Shown one piece after another: positions 38,201 to 52,156 of a stretch of DNA of 64,000 bases. Both the position numbers and the translations under genes were made by a program. The DNA is from Chrysomallon squamiferum (Eukaryota; Animalia; Mollusca). The stretch lies in the NCBI GenBank assembly GCA_012295275.1, contig CM022670.1, positions 26,970,001 to 27,034,000 of the forward strand. The letters are read 5' to 3'. Numbering within the stretch: the first letter of the stretch is position 1; each line of letters starts with the position of its first letter. A model generated the notes under the pieces. It ran no database searches. It was not told where the DNA came from and was given only the letters and a program-made list of their open reading frames with translations.

Positions 38201-39432
38201 TCTCTGTATTACGGTTTCCATGGCCAGACAGACAGTATCAAGTCGAGTGTTCTGTGTTTGTGATGTTTTCAAAATATGCGACAATGTAATTTAAATCTGG
38301 GATACAAGAGGTAATACAGATGTTTTAGTGACCTTGTTACTACAGCGGATAAGAATTGAACACGGGATAAGAATTGAACACGTGATGGAAGTTTACTAAA
38401 CTATTGAATGAAGTGGATATATTAGTTTCAAGTCTTTTCGATATAGATCTGTAGAACATAAACGTTTGGCAGAAGGATCAAATGAAACACTAAAGCTTCG
38501 AATTTTATTGTATATAAACTGGATATATTGATGACACCAGCACACATTCGTATTGATAATGCGGTAAATAAAACTTCTGAAAATGTATTTTCTGGAATGA
38601 GTAGCCAACAATAAAAGCATTATACATAACCTGGAAAATAATAACCTAAGAAAGATATTTAAACTTTATTTACATATAAATTTTAATGAACTGAAACAAC
38701 TAAAAAGCAACAAAACACAACAACAAAGGAGATAAAATTAAAAAAAAAAAAAAAACAGCCACAAAATAAAAAAATAAAAAAAAGAGGAAAGAATAAGAAA
38801 AAATAAGAATGACGAAAAAAGATACCAAAACAACAATGAAGAAAAAGGGGGGATATATCTGGCATCAAACGGGAGGATTATATCAGACGGTACAGATGTA
38901 GGATATATTCGATATTTTACCGGAGAAAAAATCTTCTCTATTTGAGTGCTATATTGTATCAGATATAAAAGAAGGGAGAAGAGAATATACTGGAGGAATA
39001 CACCAGTCGATGGACGTATCGCATAAACGGGTGGGCTAATCCTATGTTATTTATCAGAGATATCTCTAATAAAGCAGGAATACATCAAATATCATAAAAC
39101 TGATACCAGTGGAAGATTAAATATAACACACAAGGAACATGTTGTGTGTGTTGTAACGTAATTCATTATCACGTCTTCTCACGGCTTTCATCATCAGCAG
39201 CATGTTGTAACTACGACAGCAGGTGAGCTGTTTGTTTGATCAAAGTCGACATTACGTTATCAGACAGTGTAATGTCACAAAGTATAAATCTCAGACGGAT
39301 TTGCTGAAGAATCAATGACAGTTACGTAGATGCTAACACTCTGCTTGTTGATAACCACGGTGCTAACAACGTGTCGGAACAGCCCCATGTTTTCCTGCAA
39401 GATTCTCAACACTGACAAAGATTTTATTCGCA

Positions 39433-39485
39433 ATGTTTCAAAAGAAAGAGAGAAATAACGGTTCCTTAAAATCCAGTCCACAAAG
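39433..39485 (+). CDS. Candidate alternative first coding exon of the downstream uncharacterised gene
   Basis: ATG at 39433 reads MFQKKERNNGSLKSSPQ and ends AG|gtaagt (consensus donor, phase 2), the same phase required by exon 45342. Confidence 0.45.
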
Positions 39486-39859
39486 GTAAGTTACATATGT
39501 CCGTCCCTTAAAGTCCTAGTGTTACAATAAAATAGGATCCGAAGCTTTAATAACATTGTTTAATATATCTGATAAAGAAAACAGATCATTTAAATGAACC
39601 ATCGATACCCTTAAGCAGTTATGTTTTGTCTAAGTCACAGCTTACGTGACAAATACCTAAAATATCGAAACGGTAATACAAGCTGTAAAATACAAATAAA
39701 ACATTCCATGCAGTTAAGTTTGTTAAAGATATATAAACGTCTGTCATTAGTTACTGGGAATATCACACATATTATTATAATATAAACTTCTGAGCAACGA
39801 CCAAATATACTTTTATAAACCTTCTCACAGTCTGGATAGCCCACACTACAAGTAATTTT

Positions 39860-39875
39860 ATATTATTGTTATTAA

Positions 39876-39913
<38 letters not shown>

Positions 39914-39946
39914 GTATTATTGTTATTATTACTATTGTTATTGTTA

Positions 39947-39983
<37 letters not shown>

Positions 39984-40190
39984 GGTTATTGTTATTGTTA
40001 TTATTATTAGTAGTAGTAGTATTATTAGTATTATTGTTATTATTACTATTGTTATTGTTGTTGTTGTTATTATTATTATTATTACTGTTATTATTACTAT
40101 TGTTGTTGTTGTTATTATTATTATTATTATTATTATAGTATTATTAGTTTTATTAGTATTAGTATTAGTATTACTATTATTATTATTAAT
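39860..40190. repeat. (TTA/TTG/TAG)n microsatellite
   Basis: Directly visible; produces the poly-L and poly-I ORFs. Confidence 0.95.
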
Positions 40191-40603
40191 ATACCACCAC
40201 AGTGATATTCAGGAAATCTAATTCACAATATATAATACATTACAATTCATATTTTTATTATTATTTATTAATTATCATTATATTATTTTAAAGGGCCTAT
40301 AAATTGGCTCTAATTATAACCAATCTACAAATAAAATGTGCTTTTACATATAAAATGAAGTCTTCCGTAAAGCACTTCCTTTCCAATTTCGTGTCCAGCT
40401 AATAAAATGAACATAAAAAACAACTTCTGTACTGAAAGAACATCACTCACAAAGATTTTCACTCTACTGCCGCTGAATATCAAAGTTAACTCATATTGAT
40501 TGAACAGTGCCATAAAATCGAGTTTTTCATTTCTTACAGTCCTTTACCGATCACATTATAAATACATTTTAAGAATACTTATGTACGTGTGTATCTGTAT
40601 GTG

Positions 40604-40605
<2 letters not shown>

Positions 40606-40690
<85 letters not shown>
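40606..40690. repeat. (GA)n microsatellite
   Basis: Directly visible. Confidence 0.97.
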
Positions 40691-40693
<3 letters not shown>

Positions 40694-40764
40694 TTACATA
40701 CATCAATATAGAAATACATGCATGTAAACTTACATATTCATAGATAGGCGGATACATATGTACA

Positions 40765-40799
<35 letters not shown>

Positions 40800-41205
40800 T
40801 CTTCTTCACATATATATGTATGGATCTATATGCATTTCCTTGATAGTACTAGTGGAACATTTCGTTTAAATTAGTTCAAAATTTGTTAATGACACAAATT
40901 AGTGTTGCCAAATTCATCGATAAATCTTGTTGAATTTACTATATCTGGCATATTAGGCTGATCATATTTCAACAGATGTATATGATTTTATCACCATTTA
41001 TCATATTATTTCAAATTACATACTGAAGGAGGGCTGAAATTAAATAATGTTCCATAGAAGACACGTAAAAATAACAACAGAAAAAATAAAGTGACTGAAG
41101 TAAAGGCTTGTCATTAGCAATGGCAAAATTTAAAAAAAAAGATAATAATAATAAAAATGAATTCAGTTTTTCTTTTTTTAAATTTTAAATTCACCAATTT
41201 GTCTA

Positions 41206-41239
<34 letters not shown>

Positions 41240-44200
41240 GTGTGTCTTTGGATAAGCTGATCAAGAGAAATAAATCCGTTAAACGGTTTAATTTATAGCT
41301 ATGTATAATAATTTTCAAGAATAAAATGCATATTGACGTGTAACCTGACATTAGCTTTATTAATCATCTGCGTTGATTCTTTTTCTTTTTTGTTCTTTTG
41401 TTGTATGATTATTTATTACATGGGCGTGTATTCCTCAAACGTTTTAAGAAGCACAAACCGAACCACAAACTATATATCCAAAATATCTACCCATCCAAAA
41501 TAAGACGAACATAAGACTAGCCTGTTTTCTTATTAGCCAAACCCTTTTCCTTAACAAATTTTAGACGTTAACTGTGCCTCACACCATTGTTACAACATCA
41601 ATTGTAGGTCCATTAACTGTGAAGTGCAACAATGGCCATAACGCACACAGTAAACATATACATTTAAAATGCATACACCTGTTTGTCATGGATCATGTGT
41701 TTAATTTGTGTGGAATACACGCCTAAATCCGATTATTTAACATTGCTGGAGTTATATTAACACTGTCAATGCATTAGCAATGACATTGTTAAATTGGATA
41801 CCGTGTCATGAAACTTTGTAGCTTTTATCTTTGTCGTTCTCTGTTATGGAGTTAATTCTCAAAAAGTTGTTTGGATTTTTAAATACCCAGAAGGAATGTT
41901 ATTAATCTGGATTTGATATAATTTTGGTGGTCTGACAACTTTTTAAAAATGATACTACAAAATGTTACCAATGTTGGTAAAATTTTAAAAAAATTTAAGT
42001 TTATCTTAAATTATTCTGCAGATTTTAAAAACAAAATGAATTATATTGATAATATTGATAATATTGATATTGATATGGTAATGTTTTTTTTGACTTTCGT
42101 TACATTCTATTACATTATTACATTTTGTATTATAAAACAGTACTGAAAAGTTAGGAATGAAGACACAACAGTTATTGTATAGTATTGTAAAACAAAATGG
42201 TTGGAATTAATGTGACATTAAAGACTGATTACATTTTAAGATTTCAGTGAAATGTGCAAACTTCAACACATTTATGTCAGATTTTGAGAACTGGATTGTT
42301 TGTGTTACTTAGTATCTATCGGCTGTAGTTATAAAAGTTAATGTTTATTTTGGAATTAAAAAAAATTAAAATTGTTGACTCAGTATTATTCAATTTTGTC
42401 AGTACGTTTCTGAATACAATCGCAAAGTGTGAGTTCCTTTTTTATAAATACATCAAATAAAATGTTTAAAATTGAGAAAACGGTTTTGTATTTGATACAA
42501 ACAAAAGACATAATTATTCATTAAAACAGTTACAGCAGCAACAACGAAAGAATTGACGATTCAGTCACATAATGAATTAATTATGATCAGTTAATTATAA
42601 ATATATTCATTTTATTATGAGAGACAAGATGAGATGGCCATTCATCCTAGTTAAAACATTTACAAAAGAAAGAAGCAGAAATTATTCCTGTCTTATTCTG
42701 CAGCACAGTGTTAATAAACTAAATATCAGCTGTTTTGTAGGATCACAACGTCACAAATGCACATACACAAATTGCAAACCAACATTCAAACGCACACGCA
42801 AAACACATGAAACATTACGTAAGTGTTTACAAACACATACTAAACCTTCTCTTATAACAGTATGTTCCAAATTCGTGCTAATGGATTTTTATTTGCTTAA
42901 GTATTTATGTGAAAACGCCAACACACAAATATCGAATTTCAAAGTACAATGCGAATTGTACGTTAAACACACCGAGAAACCGAATCCAAACGTTTCCAAA
43001 CCCATTTAGAAAAAGTGCTCAATCACATTAGCAAACTGTTCACCACTATACGTACAGCTTTGTACTCCAGGGTCGGGTTCGTCTGCTGGTTTTTAGAATC
43101 CTTTATTGGATTCCAACTCTTCGTTTAGATTGCTAGTTGCCAGCGAGACACACATTTCTGGCTGGACAATGGCTGTAGAAGCAGAATACAGTAAAGCAAA
43201 CTGACTGGAAAAGGATTAATTTAGTTATAGGAATTTTACTACAATCAAACACTAAGTTGTTTCTTAGGTGTTTCTTCATACCACACTGGACTGATAGATT
43301 CAATATAAATTAATATTACTTTATTGGTATCTGTACTGACATTTCGGTGTTTGGTTTTGTATCAGTTATTTTATTTGGTGTGTATCATTTAATTAAATGT
43401 CTGACCGTGGGGGTGAATAAATACGTGTGACTGATCTGATCTAAATTAAGTTTTATCTGTTTGTTCGAGATTTGTATCTTTCTGCTCATTCTAACTTATT
43501 TAAAGCCTATTATAAACATAGACTCTATGTGCATGTTGATGTGTTTGTATATTACTGACATGTCAAAATATGTATGTGTGTATGTATTTGTTCATAATAT
43601 AATATAATAAAATTCATACGTACGTACATATATATATCCACACACATTCATCTAGTGATACACATATACATACATACATACAAACACACAAAATATATAT
43701 AGATACACATACATACATACATACATACATACATATTTACATATACATATGCACCAGACACATGCACACACACACATATATATAAAATTATACACTTCAA
43801 ACAAACTCCCGTAATTATTAGTCTGTAATGTGTGAATGAACCGTCACTAAATAAACGACGTGTGCAATACACTTTAGATTTACTTTATCCCTTATTACCT
43901 CAATCCGTCCACACCCGATCAGTTCGCATACAAATTTACTTATTTTCGTGATTAGTTAATTGTGTGGAGGTAGCCACTGGAAACAGACGCCGTGGGGTTC
44001 TAGAACAAAGTATGTAACAGTTTCATAAAGAGTACAGAAGTTTTGATAATAAGATATGTCACGACCTGCGAGTGACGTTCCTGTATGTTTTACGTGTTCT
44101 GTGTTTCACACGGGCTAAAATTCAACACATAATAATGTGGTAGCTGACACACCCAACCTTTGCTGTTTTGGGGACAAATCAAGCGAAGGAAACAGCGGCT

Positions 44201-44515
44201 GTTTTATTCCATAAATCAGTTATGTACATATTAGCCTCGGCGAGATTTCGAAAAGAAATCGGAAAAGCTTGACATTTAATTGGAACTGATGATAGATAGG
44301 ACTGTATTTTATGACGTCTGCTTCTTGCAGACGACAAAACTTTATTTGAAAGTCAACAGTAATAATTAATTAGACGCTAAAGTTTTCAGTTTTCAGTTTT
44401 CTGTAGTGTGGCATATTTGTTCTCGTAACATGGATATAAATAAGGTTCGTGGATGTTGTCCAGTGTTCTTCACGGGATTATAAAAAAAAGAGGTTAAAAC
44501 ATTTAATCTGTCGCG

Positions 44516-45732
44516 ATGTTTGTATGTGGAAGTATAGCGTTGTCCTGTGATAGAAAGTCAAAAAAAAGTAAAACGAGAAGAAGGTAAAGATATGATTTTA
44601 GTGTTTCTTAACATGTTATAATTTCATCATGATTGCTACTGTAATACCTAGGTGCATGATGGTCCATATACGGTGCGTGCTCTTGCTATTTTCTGAAATG
44701 ATATAATAAAACTCTTTTCATTTTTACAGACGTATTCACCGCTTTGATGGCCATCCTATTCTGAAATTTGTAACCATCCCTGTATTTACACTTAATAAAC
44801 AATGTCGTAATGAATTTTCAATGAAGATTGCACGTTTTAATGTTTATATGAAATAAATCTATGATTATAGATGTTTAATCCACCTTTGTTTATTATTTAC
44901 ATTTAACATATTCGTATATACTGCATTGCAAAACAAATATTTTCGTCTTAAACTAACAACACAGTACTATAAACCGACCAGATTATTAAGTATTGTTCAG
45001 CTGCCAAATCTATGTGACATAATTCACAGCCAGAAATTATCTGCATTAAAATTAACAATTTCCTTGTTATATTTAAGCAGAAGCATAATTTATCCCATTG
45101 CGTAATTATTACTTATCCGAATTCGAGTGTAACTTTTGTCACCTAAGCAGTGTCAGATATTATCTATGTGCCATGGAAAACAATAAATTAAACCAGACGT
45201 GTGATAGTATTCAGAAAAGTAAATGTTTTTCTAGTATAGCTTTTACTGTTGTATGTACATATGTATGTATGTATGTACATCTATATGTGTAAGTCTATAT
45301 TTAACTTATATATTGAATCCTTATTTTCTGTTTATTTACAGAAAATTCGAGAAAGTGATACGTGTACCTTTAACAGGTTGGGAAGTGAATCAACAAAATG
45401 ATGATTACGGTGAGATATAAAGTACAATAGTAGCTAACGTCTCTCTCTCTGGGTATCCTCAGTGTTTTTATTGTTATTGTTATAATTGTTATTATTATTA
45501 TTATTATCTAAATTTCATATAATTATTTTTCTCTAATATCTTTAACATTTGCAGAAAAATATAATTTCGCACTTATTCATGTTGAATAAGCCTAATTTAA
45601 GATAGGCTCAAATATATTTTGCATTATAGTATTTCTGCTGTTTGTATTGTCTTATGCAAATAAACGCATGAGTTCATTACATGATATTTGTAGATATGTT
45701 TGTGTTTTCTATGTGAATGTACGATTATGTCT

Positions 45733-45796
<64 letters not shown>

Positions 45797-46576
45797 CTTT
45801 TGTTGTTTTATTCGCTTTATTCTAAGGAGCATATCACTTCATTACATTATATTGGATTTCCATACACAGTCCCTGTATTGACAAACAAACAAGTCATAAC
45901 AAGTGAAGAGAAACACATTGTTTTCTAGCTACATAGTGTTGTGCTGTGGTGTTTTTTAATAAACGAGTTTCTGAGTTTCGTTTGTGTTTACTTCATAGCC
46001 CGATAACCACGTTTGGCTCTTAATGGAATACGTCGTATTGTACAAAGAAGAGCAATAACTGAACTTCTGAACATGATTTATCATAGTTTCCAACAGAAAA
46101 CACCCAAGATTTAAACATGTGTCTTATCCATTAATCACATTTGTTTAAACAATAAAACTATCTGTTAATTTCCCCCCGCTTGACGTTATTCCAATGTTCT
46201 TCTGACATTTAAATAATAACTTTCTTAACATTAATGTTAACAAATGTTTTGTACAACAGACATTTTGCAGAAGAATATAATTCTGGACTTATCGAGTTTG
46301 CTATGCCTTTTTAAAGTACATACACATAATGCATTTTGTATTATAGTATGTTTCCTCTTTGTTTCAGGTATTTCACAATGGTGCGAATGGAGAAGCAAGC
46401 CAAGAAAAAATAAAAGTAAACTGATTTGGACATAATCTTATAGATTAATATAAAATAAAACATCTTGTATGAGAAGGATTTGAATTAATGGGACTGTGAT
46501 AAATTATTGATAATCTTTATCTGTATTTATAAAAAAGATTAATAATTATGGTATGTAGGACAGAATAAGTAGTTTT

Positions 46577-46672
<96 letters not shown>

Positions 46673-46754
46673 ACATCACCTTTTTGTAAAAAAAAGTACA
46701 AATATTTTGATTATTGCCAGGTGTATCATAAATATAGTATTTCTCTTTCGTTCT

Positions 46755-46791
<37 letters not shown>

Positions 46792-48723
46792 ATCTATCTT
46801 TCCATCTATCTATCTATCTATCAATCGATCTGTCTATCAATCAATCTACCTATTTCTTATATTGTTTATTAATATATATATATATATATATTTTAGTTAC
46901 CGCAAGGACAGTTTCCTATGATGATGACTGCGAAATCTTTCGGAACTGTTTCCGACAAAAGTGTTCAGCAATCGATAGCTTTTCTTTGTTTCAAAGGGAG
47001 AGTCTCAACGAACGCTTTCTACAGAATTGTCAGTTTTCTGGGAACTACTCGGACATAACAGACAACAGACTGACGGCGAATAACGAACAGGAGAGAGAAG
47101 ACCGTCTCGAGAAATCTGAAGAGTTAAACAAGTCTGCAAAACGAGTTTGCAAAAGCGCTAACTCGTCGATTCACTCTAGTGCAGGTATTACTGTACAGAG
47201 CGGAACTTCTACTGAAGAAACTGTTTCTATTAATACCAGAAGACACAGTGCTCAAGACCAGACAGAAGATCCTGACAACAAAGATGATCCTGAAGTTAAA
47301 ATCCCAAAACTCGTAGGTTTAGAAAAGTCTTTCGTTAGAAAAGAAGATCACATAACCGATGAACTGGAGGATGAAAACGACGAAGGATACGGCTCAAAGG
47401 TGTCCAGCAATGAAACAGAAACTGATGCTGGTGACAGCAGTGGTGTGCAGAATGCGTCGGTTAAGAAAGAAAATGATGGGAAAATATCACAGACTGAAAG
47501 TACGTTTAAGTGGATAAGAGAAAATGATCACAGTAGAATTGTCAAACTGTCTTACTCGCAGAAAGATAGAAGTATGTACAGTGATGACAGTGTGGCCAAT
47601 AAGAGCAAACTGATCGGGGAGTCGATTGCACAGCCTGGTGGTCGGTGTATCAAGGGCATCATGGCAGCTAGTCTGAGTCATCTGTCACCAGGCACAATGC
47701 ACTTCCACCATCTGAGAGATCCCAACAAGATAGCGTACTTGAATCATGTTGACTCTCCCAGATGGGGCTACGAAAACAATAGCAACGGACAGTTTCTCCC
47801 GAACAAAGCACAAAAAGTTACAGACAGTTCCCCAGAAATCAAACCAACGGCGATTGTTCTTCGAAAAGTGAGCATACAGAACTGTAGTAAGAATGACCAC
47901 GAACCCGTGGTCACTGACTCGAGGATAGACGAAGCATTACGCGATTCCATGTCGAGCAGAGAGCGGAGTAAATGTACTCTGCACAGAACAAGTCCGCAGC
48001 TGGTCGTCGACTCGACAAAACTTCAGAGGAACGTTTCAATTCCTTCCTCCAGACATTATGCCTACTTCGCCGACAGTGCCAATAATTCTGTTGTTAATCA
48101 GTCGGACGAACCGAGGACGCCGCTGTCAAGTGTTGGTAGTGGTGAAGGTATTGAAATAACCAGTCACTTGTACGTTACAGACAGATGTGTCTCTGGATAT
48201 TTTCCCATTGGAGACTTGCTTCCTGCAGTGGAACGAAATATTCGCCAAAGGACGGATAATCAGTTACACAAGTCGGCTTCCTCGGGGTCGTTCACGTTCA
48301 CTTCTAAAGACAATAAGACGTCGTCGTTTGACGCCAGATCCATGGCGGAGTGCGATTCGTCGATGATCACAAGACACGACGTAGACGTAATTCATTCGTC
48401 GTATGTCGCTGTAAGTTTTTGATTCCATAACTTTCATTTTTTTTTATAACAATATTTTATGTATGTATAAATGTATAGATCTTTATGTGTGTGTGTGCGT
48501 GCGTATGTGTGTGTATTTATGCGTATATTTTTATATGTTTGTACGTATGTATGTACATATGTTTACGTAAAAAACTAATAGTTTGTGTGTGTTTATGCAT
48601 ATATTTTTGTATGCATTATGTTTACGTAAAAAAACTAATACTTTTTTTTTTATGAGTAAATAATGTATTGGAATTAACAATAAAAGCTATAAAACATAAA
48701 TGTCACAATAGTCAGGCATCAGA

Positions 48724-48795
<72 letters not shown>

Positions 48796-49308
48796 GTATG
48801 TATTATGTATATGTGTATGTGTGTGTGTGTGTTTGTATGTGTGTTTGTATACATCTGCCTGTATATTTCTGGCTGTATGCAGGTATATATCTATGTTATG
48901 TATGTGTGTGTGTGTTTTTGTATGCATGTATAAATGTATGTGTGTGTCTCGGTGTTTAAGGCTTATTAACATAAGAAAGATGTTTAAAAATATGTTCCTA
49001 TCAACCGTTCATTCATTCGTGTGTTTACTTACTTATTATTTAGTTACATTTCAGCATATTTATTGTTATATCAATGCAATAATCTCGCCTTTATGTTCGT
49101 TTGTATGCTCATTTATTGATTAATGTATTTACAACGTAAAACAACTACAATAATAATGAATTCCAGTAAAGCATTGTTTATTTTTCTTATTGATATTTTC
49201 TAAACTCTTAAACAGGAAATTATTAATGACTGGCAGACGATATTTCTTTTCATTCGTATAGCTATCGATAACTATTCAGTCATTATTATTATTATTATTT
49301 TTTTTGTG

Positions 49309-49383
<75 letters not shown>

Positions 49384-50490
49384 TAGGGGATCCAGCGAGC
49401 AGCAACTGGAGTATCAAAGCCCTTTTTCCATTTCTGACTGAGAAACAGTTTCTTGCTGTTGTTGGATATCAACAATCCATATAATAATTTACAGTATTAA
49501 ATATATGGAAGGGTCACTAAATTCATTATTTATATGTTTTCAGCCCCACGGTCCGCCTGCGTTCCGCCCACTGTACGCACGATCCCCACTGCAGAGAGCA
49601 AGAGAGATCGCATCACGACGACTGCACGGTCACGTGACACAGCAACCGGTCTGTATTAATTATTTAAATTCCACTCCTTATTTTTTTTTTTTTCTTGTAA
49701 TTTGTTTCATTTTTTATTTTGATTATTCTGTATTTATAAGCTGGAATATTAATCTCTGTTTCATTTACTAAATTTACTTATTATTTTGTTATTTAGAATA
49801 TTATTGAATTATTTTCTTAATTATTTATTTATTTATTATTATTATTTATTTATTATTATTATTTTTATTTTTATTATTATATTATATGATATATATTTTT
49901 ATTATTATTATTAATTTTATTATTAAAATGCTATATTTATATTTTAATGATGTTTTTATGGAAGCAATTGTTGTTGCTGGGCGTTTTGTTTTATAACTAT
50001 TTCTAGTGATTATTGTTTTATTTTTAAAATAACTCTCACGTAGCTATTTACAGTGAAAGAAATAAGTCATCATGATTATTTACGTTGTTTTACTTTTATC
50101 GTCGCCAGGATGGATCATCGACTATTCAAGTGACATCTCCCAGATTCGGATACCGTCATGACACCCGCCAGGTCCTCAGACACGATCCTGTAGACAGGCT
50201 GGGCTCAGCTGGCAAGTTAGTACAAATTAATGCCAATTTGTTTAATGATCTCACAACATATTTTAATATCAACATGTATTATATGTCAGTTATAAATTTC
50301 TCAGATACAGAGAGAAAGGTCTCTGAACACTAGCTGAAGTGGTAATTCCATATTGGGATTCCCGAGAAGGATTTTCACGTTTTTTTTGACCGGAGCAAAA
50401 TTGATATAACTGTAATAATAACATATTGCTCTGTGCCTTCGAGATAAATTATAAAATTAATTTATCTGTAAAGAGTAACAGTTCGTAAAT

Positions 50491-50529
<39 letters not shown>

Positions 50530-51356
50530 TATATTTTTGGTTTTAAAACTCGTTCTAACAAAGCTTTAAATGCAATGTATTTTTGTGAATTACTGTTTTA
50601 ATATTTGGCTTTTACATCTTTTGTACTGACTTCTATGTTATTTTAAAACAAATTTTTATATGTTTTATAAAAGATCTCTTGTAAACATTTCTCAGAGTTC
50701 TGTTGAGAATTTTGGATAGGCATGGAGGGATCTTAGAGTCGTATCAAAAGACTGAATGGCAAAATTAGTCTTTTTAAAGAACCCGGTTTAATATCTAATT
50801 ACTGGTCCAGGGCAATACTGTTTCATTCCAAAAACTTTGTTTCATTTATCCCTGGGTAGATTCCACAGACTATTTAATTAGTTAATGTTTTAATTGTTGT
50901 TGTTGTTCTGGCTGGTGCCGCTTTTGTAATTATTATTATCATTAATATTTTACTAATTCAATTTCTTTAACGAAACATACATTTTCAAATGACATTTAAT
51001 ATTTATTTTTTTAATTAATAAACAGGATAAAACAAGTTAAACTAGGCTTATTCGGGTCTGTTGCAAAACTGCAAGATAGGGCATCATCGGCAAGATCGAC
51101 CGTAAGCCCTCACGTTTTCCCGCTGCAAAAATTAAGATTTCGGAAGCTTATTAGTAATAACTGTTTTTAAAAAGTATAGAATCTAGAAGCCAAGCTTCTT
51201 TTTGAAAACTTTTATTGTTCATTAGATACTATTTTAGAAGGCCTTGCACAAAATAGTTGCACTCACAGATTTTCAGATGGTTATTTTTTACAGGGGCACC
51301 GCCAAATCCTCGACGTTGATATTTCCTCGTCTGCTGTAAATTCTATAGAAAACTAA
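44516..51356 (+). CDS. Uncharacterised, largely low-complexity/disordered protein (~666 aa; ~682 aa with optional 48-nt exon)
   Basis: Phase-consistent GT-AG chain: 44516-44583, 45342-45409, (46368-46415 optional), 46897-48410, 49544-49648, 50109-50215, 51026-51101, 51294-51356 (TAA). The 1514-nt exon is a long open, GC-elevated frame rich in S/D/E/K/N. No domain recognised; start exon uncertain. Confidence 0.75.
45734..45796. repeat. (CA)n microsatellite
   Basis: Directly visible. Confidence 0.97.
46579..46669. repeat. (CT)n microsatellite
   Basis: Directly visible. Confidence 0.97.
48725..48783. repeat. (TA)n microsatellite
   Basis: Directly visible. Confidence 0.97.
49313..49381. repeat. 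(GA)n microsatellite
   Basis: Directly visible. Confidence 0.97.
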
Positions 51357-52122
51357 ATTTTCGTAACTATAATTAATCCTGTGTCAATGAAAAGTTTTCT
51401 ATATTCGAATTCGATTTCTAATGGATTTTGTAAAAATATACCTGAAAGAAAATTATTATAAATATCACAGTGGACATTTCTATAGCTCTCGTTAAATAAA
51501 GGGACGTAACTCCACCAATACTATCAGGACGAATTAAACGTACATATTTAAATAACCTAAACTTTTTCTTCTGGATAGAGGGTTGTAGTTGTATAAACAT
51601 TTATAGAGCAGGGTAAAGATAAAACCTTTAAAAGCTTAATAGTAGTCATTTGCTTTCATTCCTAATATTGTAATTTTTTTTTGGTGTGAGGGGGGCAAAA
51701 TAAACAATATGAACGTCACTTGGTCTCAAATATTTGCTGATTTTTAATTCATATTTTTACTCTTTCGTGTATTAATATACTATGGTGTTTGAATCAGTAT
51801 ATTAATATTCTTTTAAACAATACAGTTATCCTATTCAAATACTTTCTTCTAACATGTGACGATGTTGAAAACAATGTACATAATTTTGTAAGAAAACGTG
51901 AAAGAAAAAAGTAGGTACTAAACTGTTGATGGAAAAATTAAGTGGAAGACAGATTAGGCGGGTCATATCAAAAAACAAATAAAAAAAGAGAAAAAAAGAG
52001 AGAAAAAAAAAAAAAAAAAAAAAAGGAAAATAGTTCTTGGCTTAGATCAGAAAGAAAAGTCATTTGTACAGACTTTTTCAAATTTATTATACAGACTTTA
52101 TTTAAATTTATTTATTTATTTA

Positions 52123-52156
<34 letters not shown>

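Noticed and set aside
39866-40221. Poly-Leu/poly-Ile ORFs and similar F/Y/I/L, TH, ER and SL repeat ORFs throughout the window
   Set aside because: Microsatellite translations.
45342-45409. PX-domain (sorting nexin) assignment from VIRVPLTGWEV
   Set aside because: The resemblance covers only one strand; no following exon gives the RRY/F or PxxP PX motifs.
46707-46896. N-terminal 63 aa of the 571-aa ORF
   Set aside because: Intronic (CT)n/(TATC)n/(TA)n sequence upstream of the acceptor at 46896; the real exon starts at 46897.
50780-50870. H/ACA-like hairpin CCAGGG...CCCTGG followed by ACA
   Set aside because: Strongly asymmetric pocket, no convincing 5' hairpin plus H-box, and an atypical host gene.
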